64,000 bases of DNA from a virus. The notes beneath the pieces are model-generated. The model searched no databases. It was not told the origin of the DNA and saw only the letters and a program-made list of their open reading frames with translations. Positions 1 through 10,600 of this stretch are shown here, piece after piece; the first letter of the stretch is position 1, and each line of letters opens with the position of its first letter. Where the stretch lies: the IMG/VR virus record IMGVR_UViG_3300026519_000001, positions 30,262 to 94,261 of that record; one strand, written 5' to 3'. The position numbers were made by a program, and so were the translations under genes.

Positions 1-3000
1 TGGATTTCCCAACTCCGCTAATGTAAGAGAATCTTCTCCAAAGTTAAGAACTCCTTTATTATAATATAATTGTGTAGCAGGATTATTTAATGTGTTAGTG
101 CCATTAAATATTAAATGGTCTAATACTTCACTAACTTTAACATTCTCTCCTAAAAATGCTTTATCTATTTGAGGCAATAAATCATAAAGTTCTGATGATT
201 CACTCATTAGGCTATCTTTATAATTAACCTTCCCTGGTGTAGCAGGGCTAATTATATTAGTATATATACCAATTATTAAAGCAGTTTCATTTTTTGATAA
301 TTTTCTAAGGTTAAGTTTTATAGGTATCTTAGAACCATTAGGGGATTTAACTTCTGTAAACAAAGCCCCAGCCCAAGGAATATTAGCTTTTTTAACATTA
401 ATTACACTATTATAGTCTGTATTAATATCTTTAGTATCAGCATCATATAAATGACCTTCTTTATTAACATACATTAATTTTACATCAGAAGCTGATTCGA
501 ATCCACTTATTTCTAATACATTTTTAGAGATGCCATCTGATTTAAAAATACCTGAATATTGGTATTTAATTTTACCTTTGGGCTTCTTACCATCTCTTAA
601 AGCATCTATAATTTGACCTCTAAGTTGCCTTTCGGCTTTACCTCCTGTACCCCATTGACCATTACTTTGTTTTCTAGGTTTAAATAAATAAGTGTACATT
701 TCGGAATCGCCATTAATTACTACTTTAATAGCTAATTCATTAAGTACTTCTTCAGTTTTTTTACCTTCTTTATAAGCTCTTAATACATCGAAATTAGTTA
801 TATCTTCATCAACTACAAATTCAATAGGAATATTTGTTTTATCATTATTACTAGCCAAAAACTCCATGAATTTAGGAGACTTTGGATTATTAAAAGAAAT
901 TTTAACATCAGTTTCTGTATTTGTTTTTGAATTGGATGACTGACTATTCTTAATAATAGTTTTAGCCATTGTATCAAGACTGTCATCATTCCAATTTTGA
1001 AGATTGGTTATATCTTCATTCGTGCTTGCTGCTTCGTTAACTTCAACTTTTTTATTGGAGAATACAGGCTTAACTCCTTGTTCAATAGCATCTTCCTGAT
1101 CCTTATCAGTTATATCTCTTTTAAATTGTTCTGCTTCATTTTGTGACAATAAACCATCTCGAACTTTATTATCAAATATCCCATTTATTTGATCTTCTGG
1201 AAGCACACCCATCATGCTTTTATTAACAAAATCCTCTATTTGTTGATTTGTCATATCAACTTCTTTTGGTATATTTTGTATATCAGAAGGATTACCTATT
1301 TTCGGACCAGTATCTGGTATTTGTGCTTCTATAGGAGGCTGTGGGTTCACACCTTCATCTTTTGCTTGTTCAAATTGAGCTAATGGATTTTCATCTTGAA
1401 TAGTTGGAGTTGGTGTTACATTTGAAGGAGCTCCTGGTTTCTTCGATTTAATATTATCCTCTTTAACTTTTTTAATTATTTTATCAACTCCACCTTTTTC
1501 TTCTATTCCTTCATTATCAACTACATTATTAAGTTCAGATTCTAAAGTTTTTATTTTTATATTTAAATTATCTTTAATATGATCTCCTTTAAGTTTTGTT
1601 CTAGCAAGTCTAAGCAACTTAATTTTATCTTCTGTTAAAATAGAAGGAGACATTACATTTTCCTTAATGTACTCCATTACACTTTGATTATTTTTATTTT
1701 TAAATTGATCTGTAGCTCTATCAATTTCCATTAAGGTCTTATCAAAATCTTTTATATCAAAGTTGATGTTTTTATATTCTTGAACAATTTCAGATTCATA
1801 CATAAATTCCACAAAATGATCTGAAAGTTCTTTGTCTTTATTATTTAAATATTCATCAAATGTAAATTGAGTTTCAAAAATATTATTATAACTTGTTATT
1901 CTTTTTGATATTTCTGATAAAAGTTTTGATTGACCCTTTTCTAATATATTTTTTCCAGAATCATTAAGTTTCCTTTCTATAGAAAGTGCCATTAATTCAT
2001 CACTGGTACTATATTTTCGTAAATTTAAATATTCTTTCTCTAGTGCATCTAATTTACTAATTTGTTTATCAATATTTTTGATTACTTCTGGAGTTACTCT
2101 CTCTGCTTCTTTAAGCTCATTAATTTGTTCTCTAAGATTTTGAGTAGTACCCATTGAAAAATTCCTTACAGCAATCATTGCAAAAGAATAATCATTAGTT
2201 ATTTCATTAGCTTCATTTGCTGTTATTTCATTTACATCTTCTAAACTTTCCTCTGTTAATTTTTTAAATATACTTTTATATAGTGTTTGGTCTATATAAT
2301 CTTTATTTTTAACAAATTCCTGTTGTTGCGAAGTAAAATGCTCCATTCGAGACTTGTTAATCTTTTTCTGAAAAGGAGCTTGTGTAATAGCATATTGCAC
2401 TGGTCCACCAAACATTCCCATAGCACCTTCTAAAAGTGCTTGCTCTGACATGGCAAATTCAGTAAACCTTTCACTTAAAGTCATATCTTCTAATCTCTTA
2501 TCAGATGTAACGTATCCTTTTGAAGCTAGGGATTTTCTAGTTTGAAATATACCCTCCATTTGAATTACATTTTGACCAATTTCTTCAAATGCTTCTTTAG
2601 GGGCATTAAGTGCTTGAGATTTAGCAAAAGCTCCGAAACTAGGCTTTTTTACTAATTTATTAGTTATACCTAAACCAGTAGCTTTAAACATACTATTTAA
2701 CTGCATATAATCAGTTCCAATGAATAGTTTATTTCTAAGCATAAAAGCATTAGCTTGTTTTCCAGCATTTACCTTAGCTTGAAATTCAAATTCTTTTAAC
2801 TCTTCTGCAGAAGGAGTATCAGTTTCATTAAGTCCTAATTCAAAATCAGCTTTGTATTTATCTAAATATAATTGATAATTCTCTTTTGTTGCCTTTTCAT
2901 ATAACTCCAAACCCATCATCTTACCCTCACCAAAATTAGTGATATAAGCAGTAGTTAATCTGCCTGCAACTCCACTTTCTAATCCCTTAGCAGTAGCATT

Positions 3001-3642
3001 TACAGCTCTACCTATCATATTAGTATAAGCTCCAAGTCTACTTAATCTTAAGGCACTACCCACAGCTTTAACAGCAGCACCAGCTCCCATTCCAGTTAAG
3101 CCAAATCCAGTTGCACTATCAACTACACCTCTAAATGATTCCCAATAGAAAGCACTATCATTAAAATCAATTATTTTACTTGGATCTTTTCTATAAATAG
3201 GTAGATATTCATTAAGTAATTTCTCTTTTGATTCTTTGAAAAAAGTTGCTGCTGCACTAGATTCCATTACATTAAGATTGTCATCTTTAGAAAAGTAAGT
3301 TGAAGCTGTTTTAATATTTTCAGGAATATCTAATATATTGCTTATTGTTTCACCTGCTGTTAGTAATCCACTAGCAAGACCACCAAGTATTGCATTGGAA
3401 GCTTGATGTAACCAAGGTTGCCTTTCGGATCTGATTTTAGCTAAATTATCCACTAATGCTAATGGCACTCCCACATCGAATTGGGAATCACCAATACCTG
3501 TGATACCTACATTAAATCTCCCTCCTATTTTAGACTTATCATAGTTTCTTCTTATAGGTGACATCTGTGGAATTACAGGTCCATTACCATTTACTGGATT
3601 AGAACTCCTAATAGGAGATATTTTTTTTATTGGCGCTCCCAT
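1..3642 (-). CDS. Giant virion-packaged (cargo / virion RNA polymerase block) protein, N-terminal ~1214 aa, runs off the window
   Basis: ATG at 3642 (MGAPIKKISPIRSSNPV...RSERQPWLHQASNAILGGLASG). The same frame is open at both ends that I read. Position downstream of muzzle and cargo genes matches the Crassvirales giant-protein block. No catalytic motif identified in the part read. Confidence 0.7.
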   Translation of the reverse strand, partial: MGAPIKKISPIRSSNPVNGNGPVIPQMSPIRRNYDKSKIGGRFNVGITGIGDSQFDVGVPLALVDNLAKIRSERQPWLHQASNAILGGLASGLLTAGETISNILDIPENIKTASTYFSKDDNLNVMESSAAATFFKESKEKLLNEYLPIYRKDPSKIIDFNDSAFYWESFRGVVDSATGFGLTGMGAGAAVKAVGSALRLSRLGAYTNMIGRAVNATAKGLESGVAGRLTTAYITNFGEGKMMGLELYEKATKENYQLYLDKYKADFELGLNETDTPSAEELKEFEFQAKVNAGKQANAFMLRNKLFIGTDYMQLNSMFKATGLGITNKLVKKPSFGAFAKSQALNAPKEAFEEIGQNVIQMEGIFQTRKSLASKGYVTSDKRLEDMTLSERFTEFAMSEQALLEGAMGMFGGPVQYAITQAPFQKKINKSRMEHFTSQQQEFVKNKDYIDQTLYKSIFKKLTEESLEDVNEITANEANEITNDYSFAMIAVRNFSMGTTQNLREQINELKEAERVTPEVIKNIDKQISKLDALEKEYLNLRKYSTSDELMALSIERKLNDSGKNILEKGQSKLLSEISKRITSYNNIFETQFTFDEYLNNKDKELSDHFVEFMYESEIVQEYKNINFDIKDFDKTLMEIDRATDQFKNKNNQSVMEYIKENVMSPSILTEDKIKLLRLARTKLKGDHIKDNLNIKIKTLESELNNVVDNEGIEEKGGVDKIIKKVKEDNIKSKKPGAPSNVTPTPTIQDENPLAQFEQAKDEGVNPQPPIEAQIPDTGPKIGNPSDIQNIPKEVDMTNQQIEDFVNKSMMGVLPEDQINGIFDNKVRDGLLSQNEAEQFKRDITDKDQEDAIEQGVKPVFSNKKVEVNEAASTNEDITNLQNWNDDSLDTMAKTIIKNSQSSNSKTNTETDVKISFNNPKSPKFMEFLASNNDKTNIPIEFVVDEDITNFDVLRAYKEGKKTEEVLNELAIKVVINGDSEMYTYLFKPRKQSNGQWGTGGKAERQLRGQIIDALRDGKKPKGKIKYQYSGIFKSDGISKNVLEISGFESASDVKLMYVNKEGHLYDADTKDINTDYNSVINVKKANIPWAGALFTEVKSPNGSKIPIKLNLRKLSKNETALIIGIYTNIISPATPGKVNYKDSLMSESSELYDLLPQIDKAFLGENVKVSEVLDHLIFNGTNTLNNPATQLYYNKGVLNFGEDSLTLAELGNP

Positions 3643-3644
3643 TT

Positions 3645-5687
3645 TTAATTTGCTTTCCCTTCCAATTCAAATAAATTTTTCCACTGATTATTTGCATCTC
3701 TATCTTCAAGTCTTAATAGCTCTTGTAAGTCATATTGACCTAGCACCTCGCCTGTTTTTGCATCTCTACTTTGAAGAAAAACTTTACCTGCTTGAAAATC
3801 AGGAACAACATATTCATCTACAACTCTGCCAGCTAATTTACCTTGTTCTTCTCCTAATGTTATATTTTCTTCAAGTTTTTTATTGAAATCTCCAGATGCC
3901 AATATATTATCTACCCTAGCAGATTTTTCCGTGTCAACAGTTATTTCTGCAGGTGATTCAACAAATATACCACGTTCCTTACCTTTTTTATCTTTATATC
4001 CTACCTCTACCATATTCCCATGCCCGAACACATTCCTAGTTACAGAAGGGTCAAAAGTATCATAAAATTCTTCTGCTGTTAAGTTCTCGTTTTCTAAAAA
4101 TTGTTCAAATGTTAGTACCCCTTTCTCAGGGTCAACTATTTTAAAACGACTCATTTTACCATGATAAAGATTTTTCGCTTCTTTAGCCACATCAGATGGC
4201 AATACCAAGCCCATATTATAGTTAGAACCTATATTTTCATAAAAATCATTTACTTGTTTAACTACCTCTTTATATATTTCTTCTCTAGCTTTTTCTCCTC
4301 TATTAGATATTTCTCTAGAAACATAATCTTTTAAGTGTTGATTATCATTTATAAATTTTTGAACTTTAGGATTTGTAGAAGGATTTTCCAACATCTTCTC
4401 TTTTTGTTTTATTAATTTATTTACATGCGAATCAAGTACTCTAAATTTTGTTCCGTCTTCCTTAGTAGCAAATACATATCTACCGATTTGCTCCAAATCA
4501 TTTTCTTCGAGCACTTGTGTTCTAAGAGCATCTTCTTTCCCAAGCAAAGCATCTAAAATCCCATGTTTTTCTTGTCCGAACCTTTCACCATACAAAGGAG
4601 ATAAAGTCTCAGTATTCATTTTTATACCTGGAATAGAAGGAGATATAGTCTGCATTGATTTATCTAAACTTCTATTATAGGCAGCAAAACTACTTTTATC
4701 AAATATAGTAGATAATTTAGTTTCATCAGTTTGATATGCTAATGCCCCCGAACTTAATTGTATTCTATTATTTCTTTGCAATTTAGCATACAAATCAACT
4801 GCACTTAATTCTTTTATACTATCTATTTGTTTTTTAGTATTTTCAGGTGTTGCACCCTCTTGTGCTTCTAATCTTTTCTCAATTTCAGATAACTGCTGTG
4901 TTTTCCACTCATTATCTATATTAGGATTAATACCTAATCCACTATTAATAGCTTGTTGCTTATAGGAATTAGTTATATCTTGCCCCATTATAGATTCTAA
5001 TCTTGCTTGTATTCTACCAGGGTCAATTCCTTTTGTTTTATTTTCTCGTAGAAGCCTATAAAAATGAGGTAAGTTTTTTATTGTACCAACTTCAGCTCCT
5101 GCAAAATGACCTTCTGCCTCTAATGTTTTAAAGGCATCATTTTCTAATTTTGCTAGTTCTTCGGAAGACATTACCTTAGAGAAAAATGAATTGGGAACTC
5201 CTGCTACATTTAATTCTCCATTTTCATCTAAAGAAGAAGCTCCTTGCTCTGCTAAGTTTTTTTGTAATAAAGCTATGGAAGCCCTATATGATTCAGGATC
5301 ATCTTTAAAAAATTCTTTTCTTCTTTCAACTTCTTTCTGAAATGAAGATTTTCTAGCTTCAAGTTTTGATATTTTATCTCTTTCAAGTCTTTTCTTTTGC
5401 CCCAACAACTTGATTACTTCTCCTTTTATATCTTGTGAAAATCCACTTTTAGAAAGTTTATCTATACTATCATTAAAATTCTTTTCAACAGGTGCATATA
5501 ATTCTTGTGCTAATGCTGAATCTTGTTCTAATACATTAGCTTGGTTAATAGCATTTTCAGAAGCTACATTAGCAGTTTGATCATGCAGTTGTCTCATTTG
5601 TTGAGGTACAAATGCTAATTCTTGAAAATTAATAGGATCAATTCTATTAATTTGTCTCGGATTATAAAATCTATTAACTACTGCCAT
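3645..5687 (-). CDS. Putative virion cargo/ejection protein (680 aa)
   Basis: Helical, charged ORF between the cargo-1-like genes and the giant protein; crAss-like synteny. Confidence 0.55.
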   Translation of the reverse strand: MAVVNRFYNPRQINRIDPINFQELAFVPQQMRQLHDQTANVASENAINQANVLEQDSALAQELYAPVEKNFNDSIDKLSKSGFSQDIKGEVIKLLGQKKRLERDKISKLEARKSSFQKEVERRKEFFKDDPESYRASIALLQKNLAEQGASSLDENGELNVAGVPNSFFSKVMSSEELAKLENDAFKTLEAEGHFAGAEVGTIKNLPHFYRLLRENKTKGIDPGRIQARLESIMGQDITNSYKQQAINSGLGINPNIDNEWKTQQLSEIEKRLEAQEGATPENTKKQIDSIKELSAVDLYAKLQRNNRIQLSSGALAYQTDETKLSTIFDKSSFAAYNRSLDKSMQTISPSIPGIKMNTETLSPLYGERFGQEKHGILDALLGKEDALRTQVLEENDLEQIGRYVFATKEDGTKFRVLDSHVNKLIKQKEKMLENPSTNPKVQKFINDNQHLKDYVSREISNRGEKAREEIYKEVVKQVNDFYENIGSNYNMGLVLPSDVAKEAKNLYHGKMSRFKIVDPEKGVLTFEQFLENENLTAEEFYDTFDPSVTRNVFGHGNMVEVGYKDKKGKERGIFVESPAEITVDTEKSARVDNILASGDFNKKLEENITLGEEQGKLAGRVVDEYVVPDFQAGKVFLQSRDAKTGEVLGQYDLQELLRLEDRDANNQWKNLFELEGKAN

Positions 5688-5688
5688 T

Positions 5689-6888
5689 TTATTTATTTTT
5701 TCTAACCCCTTTTAATATATCGGATGTTAATTTTAATTCTTTACTAAAATCCCTTAGATTAACCTCTTTATCTTCTTTAGCCTGCTGTTCAAGTATTGCA
5801 ATTGCTTCTTCTTCACTAACCCCTGAAAGTTCCATCATTGTAGAGATAGACTTTGATTTTTGCTCAGGAGTTCCATTTTTATAATTGCCTAGTATGTCAT
5901 ATCCATATAACTTAGATATTCTAGCATTATCAAATATTGTTTTACCTATTGTTCCTAGATTATTACCTATACTAGATTGTAAATCAGCCCTAGCAGATTC
6001 AAATGCAGCAAGATTAGCAGCATCTGCATCATCAGCTCTTGTATTAATTTGAGAGTTAATTCTAGCTTTGTTCAAGTCTAATCTAGCTATTGAAGTATTT
6101 TTGCGTAAATTTAATGCATCTCCCCTAGCTTTTTCGGAAGCATTTAATTGAGCAGTTTTTCTATCTTCTACTTGTGCCGCCATTCGAGCTTGCCCTATTG
6201 ATGAAGCTAAATTAGCTGAATTAGCCAATTGATTAGCAACAAATGAACCTGCATTACCTCTGGAAGCATTTATATTATTCTGAGCAAATCTAGCAGAAGA
6301 TTCTATCATTCCTCTTTCAATATTATTAATATCTATATTTTTAAAATTAGTTTCCCTAGGTTTAAACTTTGATAAAGCTCCTGTTATATCTGCATTAATA
6401 GTACGCCTTGGAGTTGGGGCAGCTCGTTCTAATTGTCCTAATTGTAATCCATCTATAAGTAATGGCGCAGCCTGTAAGCCTAAGCCTAAAATACCACCAC
6501 CATTACCAAACATATTACCACCATCAGCAAATTTTTCATTGTAAGTAGAAGAAGCTGCTCTATTAAAAGTATCTTGCTGTTCAGTAGGTTGGAATCCTAC
6601 ACCTTCATTTCCTGCAGTTGGTGGGGCAGCTTGAAAATTATCTTGTTGCTGTGGAATATCACTTTGGAATTGTTGTTGCTGCTTTTCTTGAACTTGCTGT
6701 CTAGTAGCTTCTAAGTTAGTTTGTATCTCATTTTTTTGTTTAATATACTCCTGAGCCTCTTCTAGTGATTTCATTTCACTATTAAGTGCCCTAATAGATA
6801 TAGGATCAAATCTATCTTTATATGTTTTATTTATTTCTTCTGCTATTTTAGCAAAAGACATTCCTTTATATTTTTCTTGTAATGCCAT
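5689..6888 (-). CDS. Cargo protein 1-like, C-terminal part (399 aa)
   Basis: SFAKIAEEI...DPISIRAL..EM..L...QE and FADGG motifs recalled from crAss cargo protein C1; Ala/Asn/Gln-rich helical tail. Confidence 0.55.
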   Translation of the reverse strand: MALQEKYKGMSFAKIAEEINKTYKDRFDPISIRALNSEMKSLEEAQEYIKQKNEIQTNLEATRQQVQEKQQQQFQSDIPQQQDNFQAAPPTAGNEGVGFQPTEQQDTFNRAASSTYNEKFADGGNMFGNGGGILGLGLQAAPLLIDGLQLGQLERAAPTPRRTINADITGALSKFKPRETNFKNIDINNIERGMIESSARFAQNNINASRGNAGSFVANQLANSANLASSIGQARMAAQVEDRKTAQLNASEKARGDALNLRKNTSIARLDLNKARINSQINTRADDADAANLAAFESARADLQSSIGNNLGTIGKTIFDNARISKLYGYDILGNYKNGTPEQKSKSISTMMELSGVSEEEAIAILEQQAKEDKEVNLRDFSKELKLTSDILKGVRKNK

Positions 6889-6889
6889 A

Positions 6890-7591
6890 TTATTCGAATA
6901 TTAATCTATTAGAAAATACATATGCACTTCCCTTACCTGTTTTTATTTTCACCTCTTCTTCTTCAACCTTATTAATCTTACCGTTAGGACCAACTCCTTG
7001 TGGAATACCTCCATTGGGATTAGTTTCATGTAATCCACCTGTATTAAATTCTGTTATATCAGTAGAATTAATTTCACCTTCTTCATTATTGCCCATATAA
7101 CCCCCATAAGCAAATCCCGCCTCTATAGGATTAATTGGAGCATTTACAACCTCATTAAATGCTTGTGCTCTTATTTCAGGCATTTGTGTGTCTAAAGCAT
7201 CTTGCTTAGCCTCTAATTGCAATCTTTTCCTCTCGTCTTCTGCTTCCTGTTCTTTTTTTTGTTTTCTTTTAGATGTAAAGAAACTAACAGCTCCCCCAAC
7301 GACTGCCCCTATGGCTGCTCCTATTGGTGTAAACGCAGCCCCTGCTGCAGCTCCTGATAAAGCTCCCTTGGCTACCGAGCCTGCTATTTCTTTACCACCA
7401 GATACGTTAAGCTCTTTATCATATTCCGTATCAAGATTAACAACTCCTTTCTTATTAGGGCTTGGGTTTACAAATGAGCCTACTTCTGTTCTGCTACCTG
7501 AAAAAGCCTGATCTGCCAAACCAGAAGCAAGATTTAAAGTGCTTCCAAAATTATCAGATTTTAAAAATTTACCAAATTTAGTATTAGACAT
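6890..7591 (-). CDS. Cargo protein 1-like, N-terminal part (233 aa) with glycine-zipper hydrophobic segment
   Basis: GALSGAAAGAAFTPIGAAIGAVVGG zipper, FAYGG, GGLHETNPNGGIP and YVFSNRL motifs; immediately downstream of the muzzle gene. Confidence 0.6.
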   Translation of the reverse strand: MSNTKFGKFLKSDNFGSTLNLASGLADQAFSGSRTEVGSFVNPSPNKKGVVNLDTEYDKELNVSGGKEIAGSVAKGALSGAAAGAAFTPIGAAIGAVVGGAVSFFTSKRKQKKEQEAEDERKRLQLEAKQDALDTQMPEIRAQAFNEVVNAPINPIEAGFAYGGYMGNNEEGEINSTDITEFNTGGLHETNPNGGIPQGVGPNGKINKVEEEEVKIKTGKGSAYVFSNRLIFE

Positions 7592-7662
7592 GCGTTTTGT
7601 TATTATATCAAAGAAAGTGATAAATAATTATATATCATCACCAAAATTGAATTATTTTATCA

Positions 7663-10600
7663 TTAATTTATTGTATATGAGAAGGTGATGTCATAAAGAG
7701 TAAATTTATAATCCTCTTCTGAGTGATTAAATTCTAATTCTATTAAAGCCCATGGTGCTCTAATTCTATTTCTAGTACTTTCTTCTCTAGGTAATGTTAT
7801 ATTAAATTCCCTAAATTTCCTTCTAACATTACTTCCATATATTAATTCTTTATTCCCAGATGTTTGATAAGAAGTATCAACTTTTATATTGTTAAATGTA
7901 ATATTAAATTTATCTACGTTATCAGAAATTAATTTAGTATCAGTAATATAATTTATGTTGTCTATTATTTTATCACTAGAAGGCTTGTCATTCATTAATA
8001 ATTTAATCTTAGAAGAATAATATACATCATAAAAAGTATTATAAAATCCTTTATCATGCTCCCATATATCATCAGTAAATTGACCATGATTTGCAGTAAA
8101 CATTTTACTATTGATATTAAAATAAATATAGGGTTTAAAATCATAAAAAGAAGTAAAGCCATCTGCTATTAAATTGTAGGATACTGTGAATGAATCATCA
8201 TCAGTTAAGAAGCTAAAATAAATATCTTTAAATCTATTATCATAATAAGATACTACATTATTAAAATTTAATGTAGAAACCCCTTCTACACCTTTAAGTA
8301 AGTTATTGTAATTATTATTTGTATACTCTTTTGTATAATTATACAACCCCTTAGTTAAACTAATTTCTTCGTTTTGACTAGCGATTCTATTAATACTATT
8401 ATTAAGTATGTCAAAATAAAAAACACCAGATTCAACAGAAGTTATACTTTTTGGATGTAACGTTCCTGAATTTGTAGAAATATAATCATATCTTTGCAGC
8501 AACTCTCCTGAGCCTAATAAAATTGGAACATTATCACTTGTGGATAATTGCACCCTAGGATTAATAGAAAGATAAGAAACAGCACTTCTTTGAAATGCAA
8601 ACATTACATTTCTAAGTTTAACTAATCCAGTAATTTCTCCATGCTCTGTTTCAAGAGTTATTTTATCATTAACAGAAATACTAGTCCAATTATCAATTTG
8701 TTCTCCTAAAAGTTTAATAGGACTAGCAATTATTTCATCACTAAAAACATTTTGCGAAGTAAAATTAAAAGGCTTACTAATAGCTTTGTTTATGATATTT
8801 TGTTGTTCATATACAGAATTATAGCCATAGGCATTATTTTCATCTAAAGCCTCACCTGTATTTTTAGATTCTAATATATCATACCTCATGTTAGAATTAA
8901 CAGAAGATTCACATACAAAATCAACAATTTCACTTATAGTAGCTTCAACTTCAGAAGACCCAGCATTATTTTCAAAAATTCTTAATAATGGAGATTCCTG
9001 AATAAATGTATCACCAAATTTTCCATTAATATTTGAAACACTAACTAGTTCTAATTCTGAATAAGGAACATAAACATTTCTTTGCCTATCCGCATAAGTG
9101 TTTCCACCATATTGTGGTATATCATCATTATAAAATTCAACTATTAAAGCATAATCATCATCAGGAGTGCTTACATCTTCCCATAAGGCTAAAGAGTTAT
9201 CCCATAAATCTTCTGATGTAAAAAATAATTGAGAACCACTATAATAAGTAAATTTAGTTTCAAAATCCATATCTACTAATGGAGTGTATATTACAGTAGT
9301 GTCAATTAAAATTTGAGGGTCTGCATCAAAATCTTCTCCTTCTTTAGTTTGAACAGACACATCGGCTTCAATAGGAGGTATAAAAGCAACTGTTTTATCC
9401 GTAGACAAATTACTTACTTCAAATCCATTTCTGCTACTATGTAACAAAACACTGCCGAATTTTCTTTTGTAAAATACTTTTTTAAATTCATATCTATTTA
9501 ACCTAACAGAATCAGAAGCCCTTTCGAAATCATTTCTTATATCTCCCAATAAGAAATATCCGCCACCACCTTCATTTTTAAACCATCTATCAACATTAGC
9601 ATCAGAATCATTTTGAACAGGGTCGTCTACAGTATATTGAAATACCTCTGCATTTTTTGCATCTAATTCGTAAGATTTTCTCAACTCTACTGGCTCATCC
9701 TTATTATTAGAAGCAGAACTATATGCCGTATAAAAATCAGCTTTAGAATACGAATTTGTATTTTTTTGAAACCCAACTACTCTTATTTTATAATCATCTC
9801 CAACAGCTAATTTAGATTGATTAAATATAAACTCTGGACTTATAATATTAAAATGTATTTTACTTGCGTAAGCATTACCTATATACGTGCCAGCACTATC
9901 TATTTCAGGAATTATATCTCCCCTATCAGGATATATAGTCCCAGCTGCAGAGTTTCTATTGAATGCTTGTGGTTTTTGAAATTTTTCTCCCCTATATGTA
10001 TCTGGATATGAAGCTCCAGTAGGACCATCCAATATAGGATTTATTGGATTTGTTGTATTTGGATCAACTCTAAATGTTCTAGTTAAAGGTATACTATATA
10101 ATTTTTCTAAATTAGACCCTACAGGAAAAATTGCTATATCCTTATAATCATTTTGTTGAAAAACACATGGATTAACTAAGCCTTGTCCTTTAACAGTTTT
10201 ATCATATTCCTTTCTTTCAACAATAACTAATCTATAGCTAACTGCCTCTGCTGGCATATTATTAACCTTAACTTCAATATAAGCAAGTTCTGCTTCATTT
10301 GAAGAATTAATAAGATTAAGATATTCTTTTTCATTAGCAGCTGGTATTTTTAGATCAGCTATCCATTTAGCAAATGACTCTTCTCCATTATTATTTTTAA
10401 AAACCAATGCAACTCTATACCTCTCACCTCTTTTTAAAGAGGTATCAGAATTTGATTCAAATATCGTATTTAAACTTTTTTGTTTATATCTAACCCAATA
10501 TTCTACATTTGGACCAATACCACCTATTGCATTCCTAGCTACATCATCAGGTAAATATTGCACTTCTCCAAGTCTATAAACAGCAGATGGATCATCTATA

